Below are positions 26,585-38,196 of a DNA stretch of 64,000 nucleotides, in pieces (position 1 is the stretch's first letter; the number at the start of each line of letters is the position of its first letter). The DNA is from Camelus dromedarius (Eukaryota). A model generated the notes under the pieces. It saw only the letters and a list, made by a program, of their open reading frames with translations, did no database searches and was not told the origin of the DNA. The stretch lies in assembly GCF_036321535.1 (NCBI RefSeq), contig NC_087437.1, forward strand, positions 103,728,001 to 103,792,000, given 5' to 3'. Made by a program: the position numbers and the translations under genes.

Positions 26585-27263
26585 TTTTATTTTTAACATT
26601 TTTTATTGATTTATAATTATTTTACAATGTTGTGTCAAATTCCAACGTAGAGCACAATTTTTCAGTTATACATGAACATATATGTATTCATTGTCACATG
26701 TTTTTTCTCTGTGAGCTACCATAAGATCTTGTATATATTTCCCTGTGCTATACAGTATAATCTTGTTTATCTATTCTACAATTTTGAAATCCCAGTCCAT
26801 CTCTTTCCACCCCCTGCCCCCTTGGCAACCACAAGTTTGTATTCTATGTCTATGAGTCTATTTCTGTTTTGTATTTATGCTTTGTTTTTTTGTTTGTTTG
26901 TTTGTTTTTTAGATTCCACATATGAGCAACCTCATATGGTATTTTTCTTTCTCTTTCTGGCTTACTTTACTTAGAATGACATTCTCCAGAAGCATCCATG
27001 TTGCTGCAAATGGCGTTATGTTGTTGGTTTTTATGGCTGAGTAGTATTCCATTGTATAAATATACCACCTCTTCTTTATCCAGTCATCTGTTGATGGACA
27101 TTTAGGCTGTTTCCATCTCTTGGCTATTGTGAATAGTGCTGCTATGAACATTGGGGTGCAGGTGTCATTTTGAAGTAGGATTCCTTCTGTATATATGCCC
27201 AGGAGTGGGATTCCTGGGTCATATAGTAAGTCTATTCCTATTCTTTTTAGGAATCTCCATACT
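26585..27263 (-). mobile_element. Young camelid-type L1, 5'-truncated
   Basis: ORF 26909-27151 is the L1 ORF2 terminus ([27 protein letters not shown]); minus-strand 3' end ...ttataaatcaataaaaaatgttaaaaataaaa. Confidence 0.9.
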
Positions 27264-27445
27264 GAGAGTTCTTATCACAAAAATATTTTTCCTATTTCTT
27301 TAATTTGATATCTATGTGAGATGATGGATGCTCACTAAACATGTGGCAATCGTTTGATGATGTGTGTAAGTCATTATGCTGTATACTTTAAATTTATCCA
27401 ATGTTGTATGTCAACTACATCTCAATAAAAGTGGAAGAAAAAAGA
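27264..27445 (+). mobile_element. L1 3' UTR, right part of the element split at 25698
   Basis: gagagttcttatcacaaaaat...gatgatggatgctcactaaac...tatgtcaactacatctcaataaaagtggaagaaaa. Confidence 0.8.
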
Positions 27446-27709
27446 AAGGGTATCTTGAGAGTCCCCATTCTTCTGTCCATCACCTTATTATTTGATTTAA
27501 ACCACAGATAAATTGCTTCTTTATAGAGATACATTATCTTGACACTGAGAACTTTTCATGATGAAAGTAGTTCTGATTTATGCCATTAATAAAGGAAAGA
27601 GGGGAAGAAAGCAAAACAGAGTAGATATTACTATGTAAATGATCATTGTCACTCAGTTACTGTCAGGTATAGCTGGAAGAATTCCTGCAACCCAGTAGGA
27701 TGTTTAGTT

Positions 27710-27785
27710 GAGAGAGAGAGGAGGGAGGGACAAAAAGAGAGAAGAGAGGGGAGAAGGAAGGAGAATGAGAGGGAGAGAGGGAGAA
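27710..27785. repeat. GA-rich low-complexity tract
   Basis: gagagagagagagggaggga...gagggagagagggagaa. Confidence 0.8.
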
Positions 27786-28229
27786 CTGAGATACGGGTTG
27801 CCCAATTTCATGTCATTAAAAAGTGAGAAAACTACAACTCCTGGCTCCAAGGCTACTGTTTCACTGGGACATTCTCATCACAAGATTTTTTTTTCCTGTA
27901 TCCCATATCCAATACCAATTTTATACAAATAAGACCAAAAAAAGACTCATGCCTATAAAAGAATAATTTGTATTATATAACTTACATCAAGGATTCAAAT
28001 TATATAAATTAAAAAATTAGATCCTACATTTCAAGTTCTTAATTATAATTTTCATAGACATTAAATTCAAAGTCATACCTGGGCAATAATTTATATTAGA
28101 CATTTAAAAATAAAACATAACTATTTTATTGAGATTTTTATACATTCTTTTTTTATTTCCATATTTGTTTTAGAGGGGATTTTACTTTTTCCTACTAAGC
28201 AATGGGGTAACCAACCAATTCAAGAAGAT

Positions 28230-29090
28230 CACTAAAGCCCAAATTGCATGAAGAAAAATAAAGGACATCTAGAAATTTAATAATAAAACTGCAGAAAATC
28301 AAAGACAAAGAGATTATCTAAAAAAAAACAAAAAAAAAAACAAAAAACAGCCAAAAGTGGAGTAGGGGGAAAGACAGGTTAGTTTCAGTGAAGGATAACT
28401 ATTCCAATGACTGAGTTCGCAACAGAATCAGTGAAAGAAGTCAATGGACCCATGTTAGTTAGTTCATGTATTGAATGAAAATAACTCCATCCAGCTGTGA
28501 AAAATTTCTTTCAAGAACGTGAGCAAATAAAGATATTTTTAGATGAACAAAGCAAATTATGGTTACCACCAAAAATATATAATAAATTTCAAGATGGAAA
28601 CTAAGATACTTAAGTGGAACAAATTATGAAGATTAAATAAATAAATCGGTTTAAAAATGCATATGTAAGGGAATCTAAGTGAATGTCCCTTGCATAAAAC
28701 AAAGATTTTATGGGACTTAATGTACAGACTTAAAGTACTTGACGTAATTGGTATATAAATTGGAAGGATATCAATGAAGTCAAAGGCTTCTAAATTGTTA
28801 TAGTTTTGAAAGCAAGGTAAGAAAACAAACTTCAGTAAGTCAGAGGTTCATGTTTTAATTTCTGGAGTAAAGAAGGTCTACAAAAAATTGAAGAAGACAA
28901 CTTAGTTGATAAAAAATGGAAAGTTTTCACTTGAGGTTTAGAAAAAAGGAATGGATGGAGGCCCTGCCTCTCCACTTCTACTCAGCATGACACCAGATGA
29001 CCTAGTCGGAGCAGCCTGGAAGGAATACGAAGAGGAAAACAAATGAGGGAAAAAAACCCTGCTATTATCACAAGCATGAACTTTGCATAT
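28230..29090 (+). mobile_element. Ancient L1 ORF1/ORF2 remnants
   Basis: aaaactgcagaaaatcaaagacaaagagattatct; tctttcaagaacgtgagcaaataaagatatttttagatgaacaaa; ctctccacttctactcagcat. Confidence 0.6.
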
Positions 29091-29849
29091 TAGAGTTACT
29101 TTTCAAACTTAGTGATCAGGCTGTGCTCAATAGTACACACGTTTTTGCCAGATTCCTTTTTTAAATAGGGACTGTACAGATAGCTAGGGTGAATGCTGAT
29201 GCCCATAAGCTTTGAGGGGTTAAACTTAAGAATTTGGCTCAATTCCATTGGTTTCTCTCTACAATGGGATAGATATTCTTTTTGCAAAGTTTTCTCCTAG
29301 TAGGTTTTGCTGTTATAACATTGTCAGAAGTAGTCACACTGTCACCGGGTATCTATAATTCCTTTTTAAGGGGGGGAAAAAAAAAGGAAAATCTTAAAGA
29401 AAACAGAAGCCAAATTTCCAATAAATCTTTTCCACTTCGTTATAGAAATACCTGACACACTTAAAGGGGACAAAGGAAATATCAAGCACTCAGAAACCTT
29501 ATTTATGTTGCAAATAACTTATTTTTATAAGAACTACATGTCTATAGAATAGATAAACTGCAGCTAAAGCTTTCACAAGCAAAGCACACTGAAATAGAGA
29601 GCATTATTGTTTTGATGAAATATTCTCTCTCAGAAAAGAGTCACACTTCTGTGAATAAGGATATTGTTAAAGATTAAGGAGTACTTTCTATTCAGATAGC
29701 TCACAGTACCTTGACTACTGGCTGTTTGACTGTAATATATAATGCAAAAACACCAGAAAGGATCTACTAAAAATAGAGTCCTTTAGGTATACTTCAATTT
29801 TATTAAAAATAAAAATCAGAACTAAAAAAATACTGGAAGGGAATAAGAA

Positions 29850-30030
29850 CATCCAGATTGAGTTCTAATTCTCATACTTACTAATCATGATTCACATTAA
29901 TTTCTGAGTCTAAGTTCCTTCCTCTAAGTTTAGGGTAACAGTTCTTCAATTTGCCTACCTCTGGAATGATTAGCACAATAAAAACTAAATAAAAGGGAAA
30001 GTATTTCACAAATCATAATATTGTAAAAAT
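29850..30030 (+). mobile_element. MIR fragment
   Basis: gagttctaattctc...tctgagtctaagttccttcctctaag...tgcctacctctgga. Confidence 0.45.
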
Positions 30031-30384
30031 CACTAAAACTACATTAAATAATGAAACTTTTGAAAAGGTACAAAGATATAAATGTAACATTCCTCGTATA
30101 AAATGTTACATGTAAAGTTTATTGATACCTTATATGAAAATATTTTAACAGTGTAAACAGTTATTGCCATCTGCAATTACAGGTTTACATTAAAACCTAA
30201 ATGGTAAAATGGGATCAAAATGAGAATTTTGTTTCAAATTCATTTTCTGTTTTACAAAGATGCAGCACTAGTCTTAACATGGTTGTACAACAAATTAATG
30301 CATTTTAGTACTCTTATTTAGCACTAGTGAAATCATGATTGTGTTTATCAATGGATCACTCTAAGCTCTGATGCTTTAAGGTAA

Positions 30385-30560
30385 ACACACATATATGTAT
30401 TTACATATATAAAGACATATTAAGCTATTACATAATTGATAAATATAAATAAGTGATATATAAATACATATATAATGTATATTACATTTATAGTATAGAT
30501 AATTAATATCATTATTATTATATATCACATATAATACATAATTAACATGTATGCAAATGT
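30385..30560. repeat. AT-rich / (TA)n degenerate low-complexity tract
   Basis: Almost pure A/T with TA dinucleotide runs. Confidence 0.75.
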
Positions 30561-31344
30561 TAATTACTTTCATTAGAAAAATGTATTTGCTCAGCAATAT
30601 ATGATCCATGCAAGTATAAGTTCAAACTCACTATTTAAAAACGAACACTCACTTAAGGAGAAATTTAAATGGGAAACAAAGAGAAATCTCTAAAAAAAAT
30701 AAAAGGACTTCATTTGGCATTATGAGAATTTATATATTCTAAAACACATTCCTCTTAGAATCATTTAACATGCTGTACAAAATGCAATAAATAACCTTTT
30801 AAACATATAGTTAGGCTAAGCTTACAGAAATAAATTCACAAAACTTAAAGATGAGGAAAGTCACGTGCAGGAGCAAAAAAAACCTGGTGAAAACCCAAAG
30901 TAATTTGGTAATACTGGAGTTTTTAGCAGCCTGGGATTTAAGAAACAAACCATGTTCCCATAAACTAAGGAAGTGAAACCAAGACACATTACGAAGGAGA
31001 GGTAGGGGAGCTTAAAGCCTTCTACACAGAGTAAAAGAACAGATTTTTTAAAAATCCACTCCTTAAATATGGTAATCAAAGAAAAATATCTTTCCTGGTC
31101 TTATCTCAAGGTTAAGAAATATCTCCCATGAGAATTTGTACCCTTACTCATACTTGGGGGTTTGGATTTACACTATCTGGATTCCACACAATCCCAGTCC
31201 AGGGACTAAGCTTAAAGTGATTTCTGGTGAGAAACACTCAGCAGAAGCAAATTACAAATTCAGGTCAACCAAATGTAAGTTCAAAATTAAAAAATGAGAC
31301 AAAAGGCCCAGAACAGTTGTAACTCATAGCAAAAAGAGAAACAT

Positions 31345-31506
31345 GATTCTCTGTCTTTCTTCTAAGGGCATTAAATGTCATCATAAGGATTCCACCCTTA
31401 TGTCCTAATCACCTCCCAAAGGCCCCACCTCCTACTACACTCACATGGAGATTAGGGTTTCATCATAAGAATCTGAGGCGAGGGCAAACATCCAGTCCAC
31501 AAAACA
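31345..31506 (-). mobile_element. MaLR LTR fragment (MLT1A/MST-like)
   Basis: taagggcattaa...ccacccttatgtcctaatcacctcccaaaggccccacctcct...gattagggtttca. Confidence 0.75.
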
Positions 31507-32319
31507 TGTTATCCCCCAATAACACAATCAGAAGCATGTTCCTAATGCCCTTATAACCAAGAAAAAAAAAAAAAAAAGGAAAAACAATAAATCATTAATG
31601 AAAAGGAGGAAAAACTGAACTGTCTTTTATATATAATTTTGGAATAAATGTATTTTAAGCAATAAACCAGTTTGTATAACTGAAGGAAAATACGAATAGA
31701 TATGGCTAAACTATAAATCATCAAATAATACACTATGTGTATTTCAAAAATACGGTATTAACTAAGTGAAAGGCAAACAGTGTCAGAAAGATACCTGAAA
31801 AGTCATAGCCATAGCAAGAATAATAGCCATACAATCCACAAAAAAAATATATTTTAAAATACCTAAGAAAATTAGACAAAAATGGCAGTGTTATTTAAGA
31901 AGAACCAAAATTCAAATACTCTAAAACATCCAACAATAGAAAAATCATTAGAAATTTGTTTAACCATTTCAGAGATATTATGTGACCTCTAAACAATCAC
32001 AGAGATGTATTTGTTCATTGATAGGAAAAAATTTTAATGATAGTCTTTTATATGAACATAATACTACAAAATAGCATGTATATAATGATGCATCAAAAAA
32101 AATTCTGTACATGTGTTTTTGTAGTTATATGTGATAGCAGATCCAGACATCTATATCCTCTTTCTACCCTTAAGAAAAGAAAAAAAATACAAAGGATAAA
32201 CCCCAAATAGTAACAGCTATGTCATGGGTGTGCAGGGCATATAGATGTAGGGAAAACTTAGATAGGTATGTAGTTTTTATCTTGAGAAAAAAAAAAGAGG
32301 AAGACAATTCTACAAAATA

Positions 32320-32520
32320 ATTAGTAATAATAGAGCATACACTACATTCTTGGCAGTATGCTCATTATTTAAAATCTTATTCTTTTTTTCAAGTCAATAT
32401 AGCAATCTTGCAAGTTGAGTCATATTGCACATGAAGAAACAAAGGCAAACCGGTACTGTATAACTTGCTCCAAAATTCAACTGAATAATTTAACAAAGGA
32501 CCTGGGCCTTTAAAAAGCCA
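32320..32520 (-). mobile_element. MIR fragment
   Basis: ttgcacatgaagaaacaaaggc...taacttgctccaaaattca. Confidence 0.45.
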
Positions 32521-34069
32521 CGCTGGTGGTTGTAGTTGTTCTGAAAGTCTAAATATTAATCATTGTTCTCAGCAACAGCAAGAGGCAAAATAATTGTATG
32601 AAACAGATCTGTAACATAAAATAGTAATATCACAGAATCCCTAACATAAGACAGAGATAGTTTCATATTTCAGGTTAGTGGTATTAGCTTAAAAAAGAAA
32701 CAGAGAAATAAAACAAAACACAAAAATGAAAACCAAAACCAAAATTGGCTTCAGTATTGCAGTTACCAGCTTTTACAACTATTCTTTATCAGCTATTCAT
32801 TATTATTTGTGATGCAAATTTTCCTGTATGCCATGTGTGTATTGGCCAGATGAACAGTGATTAAGATTTAGAAAAGAACTTAACAATATTTATGCTAACC
32901 ACTCAACAATGTAATTGGAGAAGTCTTGATTAATTATACAACTTAGGAAAGTAAAATATCCATCTGTGCCATCACATTTATAGGTTTTGAAGTAAACTGC
33001 ATCCTTTCCAATTATAATCACAAAGAATCAGAAGAGTCAGGACATTAATGCAAGGCTATTTTAAAAATAGAAATAGTTACATGAAAAACTGTCATATGTA
33101 TCAGACAATATACTTAACCTTTCAAAGGTAAATTCATAATTGCACAAACAAAATAGACTATGTTGTATAAAATTAGTTTATGTCTCATGTAAAAATTACT
33201 GCTGTCATTAACATTATAATAGCTTATCCCATTGATATGCTTATTAACAAGATGGTAAGTGCACTGAATACTATCTGATCATTAAAATTCCCCCAAAATA
33301 TTTATTTAGTGATTACTCATATTAAAAAGTGATTTACAGAGTAAAAGATTATATCAAGTCCTCATGGGGAAATTAGTAATAGTAGAAATATGTTTAAATT
33401 TACTTAACAGACAAGTTCAAGATAAATTATGCATACATCAAATTCCTGAAAAAAATTTACATGCCATGAATGAATGTGCACTGTAAATGAATCTGAATTA
33501 TTTTCCTAAGTGAAAAATTGTGTCATCATACATGAATATCACAATGTGTATCTCTTTGACTAATGCATGCTTCATTATTTTAGATTTCTCAGTGTTCTGG
33601 GCATAGGGGCATTCTTTGAATAATACTGTCTTATTAAGCACAATCACTCAGTCTTAAGTACATACTATACATAATACTGTGGCTATTTGCCAACGCACCA
33701 GCAGATGTTTACTGTCTAACATTTTATTGTAATGCTTTCTTAAAATCTCAGATTTCCTTGGGATATTTATACAATGACAGAATGTCATGACCAACTGATT
33801 TAAATGATAATGTTTATCATGTAGTCACTACCAACAGAGTCTTGCTGGCATTAGATTTGTGCCAACTCTGTCCACTGAGGCAGATGTTTCAATAATAGTC
33901 TGTAATTAAAAGGAGATATTACTAGTTCTGTAAACACTAGAGCATTGACCACAGAGGAAACATGATGCCCAGCTTTAAGCTGCTACCTCCAAAACTAAAT
34001 CAATCAATCAAGATTAAATTCTTATGCTTCGATCATTTTTTAATTTCAATTAATCCTGGCAAGTAAAGG

Positions 34070-34215
34070 GAGTTGACAAATCATCTGGTTCAAATCTCTC
34101 CTTTTGCAACTGAGGAAACTGATATCAGATACAAAATGTATTTGACTAGTATCACGCAACAGGGTAATAGTGGAAAATGTTCTAGAACTTACTCCTGGTA
34201 CCGTACAGTCCACTA
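34070..34215 (-). mobile_element. MIR fragment
   Basis: catctggttcaaatctctccttttgcaactgaggaaactga. Confidence 0.55.
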
Positions 34216-34224
34216 TAACCTACT

Positions 34225-34604
34225 GTTATGGACTAAATTGTATCCCCTCTCCTAGCTTCCAAATTCAAATGTTGAAACCCGAACACCTCAGCGTTACTGT
34301 ATTTGGAGATAGGGCCTTTAAAGTGGTAATTAAGGTTTAGTGAGTTCATAGGAGTAGGGTCCTAATCCAACAGAACTGGTGTCCTAAGAAGACGAAAAGA
34401 CATGTATGCACAGAGAGAAAGAGGCATGTGAGGACACAGAAAGAAGACTCATCTTTAAGACAAGAGGAGAGGCCTCAGGAGAAACTCACTCTGCCAGAAA
34501 CTTGATTTTGGACTTTTAGCCTCCAGAACTGTGAAAAATAACTTTCTGTTGTTGAAAACATACATGTGGCATTTTGTTATGTCATCTCTGATGTATCCGC
34601 TACA
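34225..34604 (+). mobile_element. MaLR solo LTR (MLT1A0-like)
   Basis: tgttatggactaaattgtatcccc...actgtatttggagatagggcctttaaag...ttggacttttagcctccagaactgtga. Confidence 0.9.
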
Positions 34605-35079
34605 TCCCACTGATAAAGTAACTTATTTCTCTGACTTTGTTTCTTTCTTCACTGTTATTGGGTTGACCTAACCCCTTGCTTCTATTGATACTTTCTTTGT
34701 TTGGAATGTATTCAGATTTTTTTTTTCTGATTACAAACATCTGTCTCATGTTTCCCCTACTTTCTGTAGTAAAGAGTTGGATATTCATAATTCTTTCACT
34801 GAAACATTGATTTTGCAAAGACCATGAATCCAAATTGATATGACACATTCGTGAGTGCAAATTCAGCATCATATGATACAGAAAAGGACCAAACAAAGGT
34901 AATTTTGAATATGTATTTTGATAAGGATAAAATTGTTTAACATTTCTTTATGCACATACTATGTGCATAAAGGACTCAGTTATGCATAGCAAATAAGAAA
35001 CGTGGTAACAAATTACTGATACAGTTAGAATACTGAGTAACCCTGAGAACCTGGCAGAAGACAAGGCTACTAAAACAGG

Positions 35080-35480
35080 TTCAGGATAACATATGAAGGT
35101 CCTTGTATCATATAATAAAGTTCTAGATCCAGATGATATCAATGAAGTGAGATGATCTTAGGTGCTTTTTAGAATGACTCTTGGCAGCAATGCAGAGAAC
35201 TTAATGGATGGTGACAAGACCAGAGGCCAGAAGTACCAGTCATCCAGAGCAAGAGTGATAAGCCTTAGTACCAAGGCAATGGCAGTAGAAATGTAAAGGA
35301 GACTTCAGACTTTTTAGTTACTAAAGAGTTGGGATCAGCAAATATTTGGCAACCAGTTTGATTCAGGAGTAAATGAGAAGAAAGAGCTAAAAATAGTCTT
35401 CTGCTTTCTGTCACAGACCATTTATTGGAGTCATTGACAAAAAAGGGAAAACTTAAGAGAAGTACAAAGTATCTTTTATC
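35080..35480 (-). mobile_element. L2 fragment
   Basis: tttagaatgactcttggcagcaatgcagagaa...gtcatccagagcaagagtgataag...ggcaatggcagtagaaatg. Confidence 0.65.
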
Positions 35481-38196
35481 AGGTGAAATAAGAACATTCC
35501 TCTCCCACCATACTTCAAATTCCATGTTGCATTATATAATTTGCTTGACTCGGAAAAAAAGTAAAATAATGTATACAAAATTGCAAAACATGCTAAGAGT
35601 AAAAGACATAAAAACACATTAATAGGAAAACTAAATCTCAAAATATTATTATGTAATGTTAGCAAGTTTTACAGTTTTCCAGAACTAAAGTTTTAGAACA
35701 TATTTAAAATTATCAAGCTGGAATGATATTTAATGCATGTCCAGTAAAACAGATTTCATTGCTATTTACAAAGTACCTAATGAATTTTATTTAAATGTAA
35801 AAATACTTTCCAGTTAAGTTAATATTCATAAAAACATTCGCTTACCCAAAATTGCCCTTTCAGTATCATAATGAAATGGAAAGAAAAAGGAAAAAATGCA
35901 GATTTTTAGCAAAAATAGGATGATAATTAAAAGCTCCAGGAGTTTAAACTATAATGCATCTGAACCACAAAATGGATTTTTACTTTCTGCTCAGAACTGG
36001 CTTAGAAATCTATCTATTAAAATATTATCAGGAGATTACTCTGTCAGAGCTGGCAAAGAATAAAAGATGTGAGCACACAAAATTATAGCTTCACAATTTC
36101 AAGGTAATTTAAATCTGATATATTTCTTTTAAATTTTATTCCACAAATGTTTTTTTCATGCTGAAAATTATTCTAAATGATACAGTTTCTTTTAATAGTG
36201 ACCTCAAGGTCTTAAAACTACATTATCCAAATCAGTTATATTCATTATTTTAAAATATATAACATGCTCAACAAACAGGTTTAAATCAAACATTCCCAAG
36301 TGAAGATATTTGGCTTTGCTATAGTTTAAAAACTTCTATTACAATTCGGATAATACATGGGTTCTATCTTCAGCACATGCTTTATCCTTTTCTGCATCTA
36401 ATAGGCACAATTAGATAATGTGCACTGAACAGCAACTGTAAAATATTCAGGAAGATGAATTGCTTTATATAAATTAGAGATGGTGGAGCTTGATTAGTTC
36501 ACTTTAGGTTAATGCATCTTGAGAGACCCTCTGTAATTCCATGAAAAATATTATCTGTGGTTATACATTGGAAGTAAATCATCCTAGAAAATGAATACCA
36601 TAGAAAATAGTATGTCACTGGTTCATTTCCATTAAATAAGGTACTGCTTGTAACTTGCCAATATGGATTTTATAAGTTAATTTAAGACCACATAAAGTCT
36701 TAATTTTCAAACTAAATATTTAGACTAAATTTAGACCTTTAATTTAGAATTAATTTTCCATGCAAAGAAATATCATTAAATATGACAATCCATATAAAAT
36801 TATTTAAAATTATAAGGTGATATAAATATACTATAATTATTTTATTATCAGCTAGTGTTATAAAAATAGTGCAAGTATTAAATAAAATGTATGTGCTATT
36901 TTCTAGTTTCTGAATCAACATTGCTTATCTTGTCTTATCACAGAATCAATTATTCTATCTCAATAGCACAGGTTTTTATTTTAAATAATTTAAGTCATAT
37001 AATTTGGTAACATCCATTTACTACTAATTTAATTTCAGGATATATGGCGCCATTAACTGTTAGACTGTATCTTATATCTGGTCTTTTTCATATGGGTATG
37101 TAAAATAAGATTGTTTTTTGGAAAAGGAGGAGGTTATGTAGAAAAAGCTCAAGTATTTGAAATATATATCTCAAAAGACAATTTTAGTACCTAGAATATT
37201 TTGCTGGTTAGAAATTTTTACTCACTTTGTCTTTATAATTGTTTAAAAAGTAAGGCATAAAATTATGAGCAATGACCTATAATAAGATACAATGTAGCAC
37301 TGTGAAAATACAATCCAACAACTTGATATAGTACCTGTAGATATGCAGAAATGTGTTTCAATCTCCTAATAAATCAATCATATAATCTTGTGACGTAGAA
37401 CAAGTGATTTTACCTCCCTAGAACTCAAGGTTTTTAGGTTCTGCTTTTCACATACTCGAGCACTGAATAAGGATGCTCCTGAATGAATCAAGTATTGGTT
37501 TGGTTTTATTTTAATAAATATTTCAAGCTATCATTGACATTCAGCTGATCACTGAATCTGAAGTCTACACTGGTGATGTGTGTTTGGAAAGAGAATTTGA
37601 ATAATGATTTTCTAGAAAATAGCAATATGAGGAATGAAAAATGGTGAAGCCATGTGGAAGTGCTCAAAAAAACCTTTTCTTTTCTTCCCTTTTCCAAGAC
37701 TAAAAATTTTCCATGTCAATAAATCTGACCATGTGGAAGATATCTGATATATTAGAAATCAAAATATGAATCTGTATGATGGAATCAGAATCAGGCCAAA
37801 TTATTCCTTTCCAATATCCACAGATATTATAATATGGATGGAATGTCATCCACTTCCTATAGATGACTGACCTATCTGGGGAATGTCCCAAGACACAGAC
37901 TTCCAATTTTTTCAATCTCTAGTATATAGTGTAAGGACAATAAGTGAGAAAAATTACTCCTTGGGAAATAATGAAGAAGTATGAACAATATGCATTAATG
38001 CATTTTTTTAAATTTATCACATAAAAATAAGTGGAATAAATGGAAATCAGTAACCAAAGCATGAAGTTAAAATAGGTCAAGTGATATTTGAAACAGAAAA
38101 TTGAAAAATATGGAGCTATATATAATACTTAAAACTAATTAACATAAAAAAACTAATTAACATTGCATTCTTGTGAGATTAAATGTACTGAGATTA

